From the NCBI GenBank assembly GCA_964016885.1, contig OZ024741.1:352098001-352162000 (forward strand): a stretch of 64,000 nt of DNA. Direction: 5' to 3'. A program made the position numbers and the translations under genes. Positions within the stretch are counted from its first letter, which is position 1; each line of letters begins with the position of its first letter. Below, piece by piece: positions 53,478 to 64,000 of the stretch. The notes beneath the pieces are model-generated. The model did no database searches, was not told where the DNA came from, and saw only the letters and a list, made by a program, of their open reading frames with translations. The DNA comes from Eledone cirrhosa (lineage: Eukaryota).

Positions 53478-55431
53478 ATAATAAGGCAATCAGAGATATG
53501 AAGATAGGGAAGGCAACCGGTCCATCGGGTATAGCTGCCGAGATGCTGAAGGCATCTGGGTCTGTAGGTCACACTATAACCACACGTATCATTAACCAGG
53601 TAATACTAGAAGGGGCCATACCAAAAGATTGGTGCAGTAGCATCATTGTCAACTGCTACAAAGGTAAAGGCGATGCACTAGATAGAGGAAACTATAGAGG
53701 TATAAAGTTGATGGACCAGGTCATGAAAGTAACAGAAAGAGTTATAGCACAGCTGATTAGGGACTGGGTGAATATAGACGAGATGCAATTTGGGTTTGTA
53801 CCAGGGAAAGGCACCACTGATGCCCTCTTCCTTGTGAGGCAATTACAGGAAAAGTACCTAGCTAGGGGTAAGCCACTCTACTTGGCATTTGTCGACCTTG
53901 AGAAAGCCTTTGACAGAGTTCCACGTGCAGTAATCTGGTGGGCTCTTAGAAAACTAGGAGTAGATGAATGGCTTGTGAAAGCGGTACAAGCCATGTATAG
54001 GGGAGCAGTCAGCAAAGTTAGGATTAGCAATGAGTATAGCGAGGAATTTAGCGTACAGGTTGGGGTCCACCAGGGCTCTGTTCTTAGCCCTCTCCTGTTC
54101 ATCATAGTCCTGCAGGCAATAACGGAGGAGTTTAAGACCGGATGCCCATGGGAACTCCTGTATGCTGATGACCTCGCACTCATAGCTGAATCTATGGTAG
54201 AACTAGAGAATAAATTCCAAACCTGGAAGCAGGGACTAGAGAGAAAGGGCCTCAAAGTCAACATGACAAAGACTAAGGTCCTTGTAAGTAGACGAGAAAA
54301 CAGAACCCAGATCCCCTCAGGGAAATGGCCTTGCTCAGTATGTAGGAAAGGTGTAGGTAGGAACTCCATTCTCTGCCCCAAATGCAAACAATGGGTACAC
54401 AAGAGATGTAGCGGGATCTCAGGAAGCTTAATTAAGAATGTAGGATTCACATGCAGCAGCTGTGCTGAAACAGCAAGCAAACAGCCACAGGAAACAAGTA
54501 CCACCAATCTCTGGGAGGGCCCTGTAGAAACAGTAGACAGCTTCTGCTACCTAGGTGACCGAATTAGCAACGGAGGTGGGTGCTCAGAAAGTACAATAAC
54601 TAGGGTAAGAACGGGATGGAAGAAGTTTAGGGAACTACTACCACTGCTAGCTGCAAAAGGCTTCTCCCTCAGAATGAAAGGCAGACTGTATGATGCGTGT
54701 ATCCGAACAGCGATGTTGCATGGTAGTGAGACCTGGGCGCTGAAGGTGGAAGACTTACGTAGATTAGAGAGAAACGAAGCCTGCATGCTCCGATGGATGT
54801 GTAACAGTAATATACGTGAACGACAAAGCATAAAGGAATTGAGAGAGAGACTGAGCATAAGAGGAATCAAATGCTGCGTGCAGGAGAGGCGGTTACGCTG
54901 GTATGGACATGTGATGCGTATGAAGGATGACAGCTGCATAAAAAGGTGCAGAGCACTAGAAGTTGATGGAAACCGCGGAGTGGGGAGACCCAAGATGACT
55001 TGGGATGAGGTGATAAAAGCCGACCTTACCCAACTACACCTCTCAAAGTCAATGACACACGACCGTGACTTCTGGCGTCACGCAGTAATACAGGGTACCC
55101 GACCTCCCATGGGTACATGCTGAAGCATATAAACAATATGCCCCCACTCCCCCCACCGCAAAGTGGTCGTGGAGGTGCCACGGCAAAAAAGCACCCAGCC
55201 CACACTGTAAAGTGGACGTGTAGGCGCCACGAAAAAGCACCCAGCACTCACTGTAAATGAGGTTGGTGTTAGGAAGGGCATCCAGCTGTAGAAATCAAGC
55301 CAGATCAGTTCCTGTATGAGCAAGGCATGGTCAGCCGACCAGACACTGCCCACAACAGGACAACCCGTCTAACCCATGCTAGCGTGGAAGAACGGACGTA
55401 AAACGGTGATGATGATGATGATGATGATGAT
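53478..55431 (+). mobile_element. 5'-truncated RTE/BovB-like LINE subfamily B
   Basis: Uninterrupted RT ORF, modular 3' UTR and (GAT)n tail, with TA at both junctions. Confidence 0.93.
53498..55123 (+). CDS. RTE reverse transcriptase (541 aa, endonuclease missing) with embedded PHD-like finger
   Basis: NYRGIKL, QFGFVPG, FVDLEKAFDRV, GVHQGSVLSP, YADD, CxxC..CxxCxxxxHxxC..CxxC, FCYLG. Confidence 0.9.
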   Translation: MKIGKATGPSGIAAEMLKASGSVGHTITTRIINQVILEGAIPKDWCSSIIVNCYKGKGDALDRGNYRGIKLMDQVMKVTERVIAQLIRDWVNIDEMQFGFVPGKGTTDALFLVRQLQEKYLARGKPLYLAFVDLEKAFDRVPRAVIWWALRKLGVDEWLVKAVQAMYRGAVSKVRISNEYSEEFSVQVGVHQGSVLSPLLFIIVLQAITEEFKTGCPWELLYADDLALIAESMVELENKFQTWKQGLERKGLKVNMTKTKVLVSRRENRTQIPSGKWPCSVCRKGVGRNSILCPKCKQWVHKRCSGISGSLIKNVGFTCSSCAETASKQPQETSTTNLWEGPVETVDSFCYLGDRISNGGGCSESTITRVRTGWKKFRELLPLLAAKGFSLRMKGRLYDACIRTAMLHGSETWALKVEDLRRLERNEACMLRWMCNSNIRERQSIKELRERLSIRGIKCCVQERRLRWYGHVMRMKDDSCIKRCRALEVDGNRGVGRPKMTWDEVIKADLTQLHLSKSMTHDRDFWRHAVIQGTRPPMGTC

Positions 55432-55494
55432 ATATATATAAGCTGGAAAGTTGCTTTTTACTTGATCAGTATTTATCTGTCAAGTAATCCAGTG

Positions 55495-55897
55495 TTAACT
55501 GTCAACCAGACATTGTAATATGTGATGTTTACCTGTTCCCTCACCCATTGTCAACTGTCAACAATACATTGTAATATATGATGTTTACTTGTTGACATTG
55601 ACATTTGATGAGGGAACAAGTAAACATCACATATTACGATGTTTAGTTGACAGTTGACAATGGGTGAGGGAACAGGTAAACATCACATATTACAATGTAT
55701 AGTTGACATTGACATTTGATGAGGGAACTATACATTGTAATATGTGATGTTTACCTGTTCCCTCACCCATTGTCAACTGTCAACTAAACATTGTAATATG
55801 TGATGTTTACCTGTTCCCTCACCCATTGTCAACTGTCAACTATACATTGTAATATGTGATATTTACCTGTTCCCTCACCCATTGTCAACTGTCAACC
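55495..55897. repeat. ~56-bp minisatellite with units in both orientations
   Basis: ACATTGTAATATGTGATGTTTACCTGTTCCCTCACCCATTGTCAACTGTCAACT runs forward, then inverted (55608-55706), then forward three times. Confidence 0.9.
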
Positions 55898-56214
55898 TGG
55901 AGTTGTTGTATGTGGTGTAGCTTTGTTGAGTAAATTGCTGTATATTTGTCCTGTTGACCACCAACTGACACATTCACTCATATACACGCACACTTGTACA
56001 GGTACACAGGTGGTGAAATTGCATTTTGTGTGTGTGTGTGTGTGTGTGTGCAGCCTCAGATGTTAGCTTTGCTAGACATCAGCTTTCAGAATCAATGAAA
56101 TAGAGTTCCAGACTTGAGCAGTGGATTGGTGGAATTGTTAATGTCAGACCAGATGCCATGTACTTATTCTAGCTATTTTTGTTCTGAGTTCAAATCCTGC
56201 TATAACCTACTTTG

Positions 56215-56855
56215 GTGGCCTACATAATCTGTTTAACACCACCATATGGTCCTTGTGTGGTAGACTTAATCTGTCACCTGGTTTAACACCACCATCTGGT
56301 CCTTGTGTGGTAGACTTAATCCGTCACCTGGTTTAACACCACCATATGGTCCTTGTGTGGTAGACTTAATCTGTCACCTAGTTTAACACCACCATATGGT
56401 CCTTGTGTGGTAGACTTAATATGTCACCTGGTTTAACACCACCATATGGTCCTTGTGTGGGAGACTTAATCTGTCACCACCACCACCACCCAGTCTTTGG
56501 GTGGTAGACTAAATCTGTCACCTAGTTTAACACCACCACCTGGTCCTTTGGTGGTAGACTAAATCTGTCATTGTTTTAACACCACCACCACCACCTAGTC
56601 TTTTGGTGGTAGACTAAATCTGTCATTGTTTTACCACCACCACCACCACCTAGTCTTTTGGTGGTAGACTAAATCTGTCATCTGGTTTAACACCACCACT
56701 TGGTGTTTGGGTGGTAGATTTAATCTGTCACCTGGTTTAACAACACCAGCACCACCTGGGTCTTTGGTGGTAGACTTAATTCGAATCCAGCAAGTGGTTT
56801 AGCACCACCACCTGGTCCTTGGGTGGTAGAGTTAGTCTGCCACCTGGGTTAACAT
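56215..56855. repeat. 50-bp minisatellite, about 12 units, degenerating rightwards
   Basis: GTTTAACACCACCATATGGTCCTTGTGTGGTAGACTTAATCTGTCACCTG at 56231, 56281, 56331, 56381, 56431 and onward. Confidence 0.92.
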
Positions 56856-58454
56856 GACCCTTTGACTCTTGAAACAGAGGTACTCTTCCACTTGCCGCAC
56901 ACACACATGCGCACTCTTTGTTACACACACACTAGCAAACACACACACATTTTCACAATATCTGACATACACATGCACGCACACACACTCACTCATTCAC
57001 TCAGTTTCTCACACATGTACTTTCTCATACTCTCATACACACTAATACTCCCCCTCTTTCTCACACACATACTCTTGCACACACACATACTACAAAGATA
57101 GATCATTAATCACTTGGTGGGAGTGACAATTTCAATTTAGGTTCCTTCCACTGTTTCTTTCCTTCCTTTTTTCCTTCCTTATAAGAATTGACTTCTCTAT
57201 ATATGTATCTGTGTGTATTTGCTAATAGCTGTGCTACACCACACTACACAGCCACCATTACATGGTGAATGCTTTGGACAGTAGTTGTGGTAATAATAGC
57301 AGTGATGGTTGTAGTAGCAACAGTGTTACTAATAGTGGTAGTAGTGGCAGTAGTATTGGAGGTGGTGGTGGTAGTGGTAGTAGTAGTAGTAGAAGTAATT
57401 ATACTGATGATATTGGGTGAGAGGCAGGTATACCACCAGATAACATGGCGAAATGTCTGTTTGCTCTTCTTTTTTTTTTTTGCAAAGTGTAAATTTAGAA
57501 GTAGCTTTGCAGTGAACATTTTTATTATTGAGGAGATTGTGGTGCTGTAGGCTCTTCCTATACAGCATAGTACAGCAACAGGATGGCTGTTGAGACCCCC
57601 AAGTGGGCCTTAGAGTTGTTCTCACATAACTAAGAACCTTTTTATATGTGATATATTCAACCATCTGTTTATCTTGTTTTCTGATCTGATGGGTACATGA
57701 TCCAATGATGTGTGTGTGCCCACCTGATGGTAAATGATCCAATGGCTCCTACCGGTAGTTTCCTGAAGTTGGTCTTGTAAATTGTCAGATCATTTCCATC
57801 ACAAAGAGCCTCGATCTCTCTTCATGTCAAGATATGGAATATAAGAGCTAAATGGAGTTAGCTAATCGTGCCTTGTCTCTTGATAATCCATCCAACCATG
57901 GAAAGCAAATGTGGTTGTCAAAAAGGGCATTGAGTTGTAGAAACCATTTGAAAAGTATGTTGAGAGGTCTCTTCAGTCATATCACCGTCATGACAACCTC
58001 TCTACTGCTAATGCTAGGTTATATGCAACTAATACATTCTGTAAAGAGGTTGGCCTCAGGATGTGCATCCAGCTGTAGAAATCATGGCAATGGGCTGAAA
58101 GGACTGTTCAATCTCATCTCTAGATCTTGTGCCATGATAAAATATTGTATATTTTGTGAAGCCTTTGTCATTAAGGGCATCCAGCTGTAGAAACAATGCC
58201 AAAACTGGAACATAAGTGAGCCATGTCCCTACTCCCCATCTCTATTTAAGTACTGACTTAGTCTGTAATGACCCATGGGACATAGGTGAGGCATGCCCCA
58301 TATCCCCACCATCATTTAAGTACTGACTTAGTGAGGCATGTCCCATGTCTTCAACTCCATGTAAGTACTGACCGAGTCTGTAATGACCCACCCATCCTAA
58401 AGAAAGCAGGCATAGAGATGATGAAGGTGCATCAACTTTTGATTGAGTTAGGCG

Positions 58455-58509
<55 letters not shown>

Positions 58510-58519
58510 AGTATATATA

Positions 58520-58628
58520 TGCACGACCTTGGATTTCAGTATCCGCTTCAACACTGGCCTCTCGTCGGGCTCCATTGCAAAATTTGTGGTGGTGGCTGTA
58601 ACTGGACCCCAAAACCTAAGGTCGTGCA
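58520..58628. mobile_element. Tiny MITE-like element with TA flanks
   Basis: TA-TGCACGACCTT ... AAGGTCGTGCA-TA. Confidence 0.6.
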
Positions 58629-61600
58629 TACATGTGAAGTGTATGAAACTTTATAAATACTAAATAAGCTCTTTTGCAATAGAGTATTGTTTTCCTTGAC
58701 CTTTTATCTACGGATATGTGTGAGTGTGTGTATATACATACATACCCACTAATCTCTATTAATTTCCAATTAAATATTTCACTATTTTCTGTTACCAGGT
58801 GTTGTTGCTGTCTTGAATTAAAGACTCCTAAAAATATTACCTTTGCATATGTTTATTGCTGGTATCATCATCATTTTTTTAAAAATGAAAGTGAAAGATA
58901 GTTAGTAGATAATTAAATTTTGAAAGCTCCAAATATTTGATCAAATAAAAATATTTTGGGAGTTGCCCCCCTCCCCTCTTCTCTTAGGGTGTTTTCTATT
59001 TTGTAATAAACTAGTATTTATAACTAGATCATTGGAAATTAATTAAGTAATGGCAATTTTTTTTTTTATTAATTTAAAAAAAAAAAAATCCAGTTCCATT
59101 TCTTTTAATAAATTTTATTTTATTCTAACTTATTTTTTTATACAATAGAGTTTTGCAATTTAATTGGAATATAGATTTTTTTAATTGCTACTGCACATCA
59201 ATGCATCTTCTGTATTCTAATAGCAATTCATTGCTGTTGCTCAGTTTTTTTTTCTTTTCAATATGATAAGTTATATAATTAAATATTTTTTGGTGGTTGG
59301 AGGGGGAATATTTGGAACACCTGGTCTTCTTCCTTGAAGGACTTTCCTGTCTTTTTTTCTCTCCGTCTATCTGTCGCTCTACCTATCAAATTTATCTGTT
59401 TGCCTGGGTGTCTCTATCTCTGTCTATCCCTCTCTCTATATCTGTCTACATCTCCTTCTCTTTCCCCTTCTTACACACAGATGCATACATACAAAATATT
59501 TACATCTAGGTAATAACAAATTTACCGTAAATTATCCATATTTTCTAATATTAAAATACTTCTATAAAAATCTTCTCCATCCAACATAACAGCTGGGTAT
59601 TAATTTATTCCTATTTACCAATTTTATCCTTCTAAATTCTAAATATTAAAAACATTCTACAGTTACTTGAATATAACGTGATCCGAATATAAGCCAATCT
59701 CCTATTATATGTCTGGAAAATGGGCAAAAAACCCAACCCCATGTATAAGCTGATGTAGTTAATCAAATGGTGGGGGTTTGAAATTTTCACGAGTGGAGAT
59801 TATACTTATGAAGTTTTAATATTTTGATATTTAAAATGTTTTAAGAGTATAGTTTTTATTTCACAACTCCATTAGATAATAATGTTTTTTATTTTATTTT
59901 ATTTTTTACCAATTTCCAACATCAAAAACATGAAAAACAAATTTCACTTCTAAAGTGAAACTGGTGTAATATTCATTTCCAAGGTGAAAATACTTTAGCA
60001 TCTCATTTATGTACAATTTGGAGTTGGTGAAAATCAGTAATTATACCGTCAGAATAAAAAAAAAAATAAATTATAGTTTTAGAGTAAAAACTTTAATCTC
60101 TAATGTGATGCAGTCATAATACTGTTTTACACTTTTAAAGAATGTCTTGCTAATGTGGCTTCATGTAGTACAGGATGTTAAGAGCTAAATATAATGTAGT
60201 TTACTATTTTTTTTTTCATTTAACTACATATTATTTAACTTGTAGTTAAATCTTCTCACAGAGGGATACATTTTACCTAATCAGGGGCCACATTAGCTGA
60301 TTCTGGAATTATGCATATATTGTTTGAAGTTGAGAAGAATATTTAATCTTGTTTATTAAAATCTTTCTATTATTTTAATGATCAGTGTTTTATCCTTCTT
60401 AGTTACTATGTTACCCTTCTAATTAGTTTACTTGAAGAGAGAATAACTCTTTCAAGAAATGAATAACAAAACAGAAAGAAATCAACATGGTTGAGCACTT
60501 GCCAATCTTGAATTGGTAGAGGCCACTATACAAAAATAGTTTGTGGTATTTGCTTATGTCCCTTTGGTTTTCACCCTTTTGAGGTTGTTGAAATAAGTAC
60601 CAGGTAATGTACCTGAGTTGCTATAATTGACCAAGACCCTTGAAGGTGGTGTTCATGGTGGCCATGGTCCAATTTCTGTGCAAGATTGTGTGTATCTTTG
60701 TGTGATACATTTTGTTGTATATAAATAATTCTATATTTTTCATACATATATGAAAGCATATAGGGCTAGTAGTGACCATAAAATCATAGGTTTCATTCCT
60801 AAATAAGGTGGTGTATTATGTTCTGTATTTCACGTTACTTTACATACACAATAGGGGGTCTTTAATCATTAAAAGACCTGAGAAACCTCCTAGGTAATGT
60901 AAGCTCATAGGAGGCTAGCTAAACCTGCACAGGTGTGAGATGTAAATTTTTCATTTCATTTTTCATTTTTCTCGAACAAAAACAAATAGAAAAAGAAAAA
61001 AAAGAAACCTTTTTGTTATTATATCTCTAATGAAACACAGTATTTCAATTAATTAATGAAGAATTTAGAGGGATTTACTAAAGTTAATTATTTCATTATC
61101 AAAATAATATTTGTAACACAACTTAACAAAAGGCTCCTATATAAAATTTACGTTGAACAGTTTTGGTTCATGGAACCAGAGCTGGTTTTTGTCCAGATTG
61201 GTATCAAAAGAGTTAACTGAAAGCCACCATTGTAAGAAGTTGTCTTTCAATGTAAACTTGTTTGTCTCCAGTGTCTCTTGTTACATTGTAAATGTTTCCA
61301 TTTTCCCCTGGGTTGTGTTATGTTGGCTTCCAGACGGATTTCTTTGCAATCTAAAAGAAATGTGTATGTGTATATGTGTGTACAAAAAAAAAAAAAATAC
61401 ATTTTAAAATCCATTTGATTATTGGCTGAAGAGAAATGGGTACATATTTTACTTTTGCTTGAACTTTTTAGATAACTGGAACGCCTCATTGAACGGAAAG
61501 TCCATAATGCCATATAATATGGGTATGTTGGTCATTTGTTTACATTATTCTAAAACGTATTCTAATCTATTGTGTTGCTATTTTTATTTACTCTACCTCA

Positions 61601-61853
61601 TTTGTTGTTTGACAGTCTCTTTTTGTTATCTATCTGCCTATCTTATATTGTGCTCCTTTTATTTATTCTGCCCCTCTGTGACTCCTTAGTATTCTATTTT
61701 CTTTTTATATAAACTCCTTTTTGATGTATGTCTTTCAAGTTCTTTTCAATTTCTTTTGTCTCTATATTTCTTTCTTACTCTCATTTTGTTGTCTCTATTC
61801 TGCGCTCTTTAAAAAAAACAAACTTATATGAGCCTACATACATACATTATTTT

Positions 61854-61905
<52 letters not shown>

Positions 61906-62061
61906 GAGAGAGAGAGAGAGAGAGAGAGAGTATATGTTGGTTGTATGCCAACACCTCAGTATGCAGGCTGGAGCACTCGACGAAGTGCGCAGGTTGGTTT
62001 GGTTACTCCGGAGTAATGTAAAATAAATAAGTCAAATGTTTAAAATTTAGCTTCGTTTATT

Positions 62062-62103
62062 ACTGCTATATATATTTCGGTGGCTGTGACCTCTTCAGGC
62101 AGT
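62062..62103 (-). ncRNA. Minimal hammerhead ribozyme, shortened stem II variant (left arm)
   Basis: Minus strand reads ACTGC-CTGAAGA-GGT(cacagcc)ACC-GAAA-TATATA-TA-GCAGT. Confidence 0.65.
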
Positions 62104-62337
62104 CCGAATTAGTGTGGTATAGACAAGTACATATGTTGTTGAGGTGTATAATTTTGTCAATACTCTGATATGCCCAGTTCCTGGTTGGGTTGTTATTTCA
62201 CTGAGGAACTGGAATCACGGATATGATTCCAGTTCTTCAGTGAAATAACAACCCAACCAGGAACTGGGCATATCAGAGTATTGACAAAATTATACACCTC
62301 AACAACATATGTACTTGTCTATACCACACTAATTCGG

Positions 62338-62392
62338 ACTGCCTGAAGAGGTCACAGCCAAAGATGGCTGTCACCGAAATATATATAGCAGT
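62338..62392 (+). ncRNA. Minimal type-I hammerhead ribozyme (right arm)
   Basis: ACTGC-CTGAAGA-GGTCACAGCCA(aaga)TGGCTGTCACC-GAAA-TATATA-TA-GCAGT: perfect stem I, 10 of 11 pairs in stem II, palindromic stem III, AUA triplet. Confidence 0.82.
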
Positions 62393-63329
62393 AATAAACG
62401 AAGCTAAATTTTAAACATTTGACTTATTTATTTTACTTTATTTTATATATATATATATATAATCTTTATTTCTCTTTCTTTCCATTTCTCTATCTTCTTA
62501 TTTCTCTTTTTCTCTCTCTGTTACTTTATTCCGCTGTCTTTTTATTCCCCTTTCTCTCTCTGTCTCTGTCTACTTATTGTCTTATCTCTGGATACTGAAA
62601 TGTTATACTGATTGGTACTACTTGTTGCTCAGATTTTTTTTTATTTTGTAAGCTACTTGGAAATATCCGAAACTGACAGTTCCTCCCTCTATTTTAAGTT
62701 GCCTATTGACTTCTTGTCTGTTAGTGATTAAAAAAAGATTTTTGTTTTAATTTATTTTAACTGGCTTCAGTTTCATAAAAATATATTTCTTTGTTTCCTT
62801 CTTTTGTTCATTATATTTACTAGAAATTCAAAGAAAATATCTGTGATGCAATGATTTCTTTATTAGTCACAGATGGCCTATACTGTGTGTGTTATATGAT
62901 ACAATGTTTTCTTCTCCCACTTTTTTTCTTTTGGTGATGGTTGTTGTTAAATTTATTATTCTCTTCTCTTTACTTTCCTGATTTACCTCATCTTTTAGCA
63001 GTACCTGAGTGATATGGCAAGGGATTTTTAGGTGCCCATGTAGTCATAAGCTGATACAGAGACTTTCCCAACTTTCTCTCTTTTGGCCCAGTGGAACATC
63101 CAGGATGTAACAGCTGGAAGGAAAGAAGGGCTGAACCATAGTTGGTCAATTTGGCAATCTTTAGAGTGTTGAGCCTGTTTTTGTTCTCTGTAGTCAAATT
63201 CATCCGTTCATGATCTATAAAGAAAGTACCAGTCCAACTCTGAGATTAATGCCTTTCAAAATATTTTCTAACCCTTTTTGATGGCAACCTGCTCAAAATT
63301 AAACTAAAACTTTCCAACATTATTTTATA

Positions 63330-63441
63330 TATGGTCTGAGTTCAAATCCCACCGATGTTAACTTTGCCTTTCATCCGATAAAATAAAGTACCAGTAATGC
63401 ACTGGTAATTGCTGGCCTTGTGCCAAAAGTAGAAACAATTA
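63330..63441 (+). mobile_element. Truncated SINE family 1
   Basis: CTGAGTTCAAATCCC...GTAGAAACAATTAT. Confidence 0.8.
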
Positions 63442-63737
63442 TTTTATATATATATATATATATAAAACCACCTGTGAAGTTATGTTACAAATACTATCTT
63501 AATGAAATCATTTATAATTTTAGTAAATCCCTCCAAATTATTTAATTAACTTGAATACAGTATATTTCATTAGGTGGTGTTTGGAATATAACTTAAAGGT
63601 TCTTATGTAATTATGTTGGGAGTCTTTTAGATAAATATAAATATTTCAAAATAAGCAATTTTGTATTATAGATAAGTATGTGGCACATATGCAGGCTGAA
63701 AATCTAGATTTTGGTGGCATGTTTATTATAATAATAA

Positions 63738-64000
63738 TAATTGTTTCTACTTTTGGCACAAGGCCAGCAATTATACCAGTGTATTACTGGTACTTTATTT
63801 TATCGACCCCGTAAGGATGAAAGGCAAAGTTAACCTCAGCGGGATTTGAACTCAGTCCGTAAAGGGACGTAACTGTGCTGCAAAGCATGGCGTCCGACCC
63901 TCTACTGATACTGCCAATCCACCGCCCCATTATAATAATAATAATAATGTTTCTACTTTTGGCACAATGCCAACAATTACCCCAGTCCATTACTGGTGCT
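63738..64000 (-). mobile_element. Full-length SINE family 1 (63738-63927) plus the tail of a further copy running off the window
   Basis: Matches 6344-6527. Confidence 0.88.

Larger units (their letters stand above)
62018..62436. repeat. Near-perfect ~200-bp-arm fold-back with 6-nt loop
   Basis: 62018-62217 is the reverse complement of 62224-62436 apart from one substitution and a 13-nt indel. The loop is CGGATA. Confidence 0.95.

Noticed and set aside
56215-56855. Regular repeats here and at 27390-27600 resembling CRISPR arrays
   Set aside because: The units are contiguous with no unique spacers, there are no cas genes, and the context is eukaryotic.
57244-57550. Thr-rich and Val-rich mucin-like ORFs
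   Set aside because: They derive from a degenerate (GTA/GTG)n trinucleotide repeat, with no convincing splice or start context.

Overview
This is AT-rich, repeat-dense eukaryotic (metazoan) DNA, not prokaryotic. The SINE/RTE repertoire and long (TA)n tracts resemble a coleoid cephalopod such as Octopus (inference). Most long ORFs are retrotransposon-derived. They include a near-complete APE+RT LINE (17645-20964, minus), several 5'-truncated RTE/BovB-like LINEs with a PHD-like finger inside the RT, a decayed full-length RTE, and two Penelope-like (GIY-YIG) remnants. There are many tRNA-derived SINEs and small DNA-transposon remnants (mariner, hAT, piggyBac-like). About 8.5-29 kb is a nest of retroelements inserted into (TA)n microsatellites. 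The only good host-gene signal is an exon with a start codon at 40140-40443, so much of the window may be intronic. The most striking unannotated signal is a set of sequence-distinct minimal type-I hammerhead ribozyme motifs: two near-intact loci at about 29.6 kb and 62.3 kb, and degenerate ones at 10.2, 15.4 and 28.3/28.7 kb. Apart from the one in the Penelope 3' end, they sit in small ORF-less units with inverted, tandem or direct repeats, including a ~420-bp near-perfect fold-back with a ribozyme on each arm. These look like Penelope-dependent, retrozyme-like elements. All calls were made by eye and boundaries are approximate.
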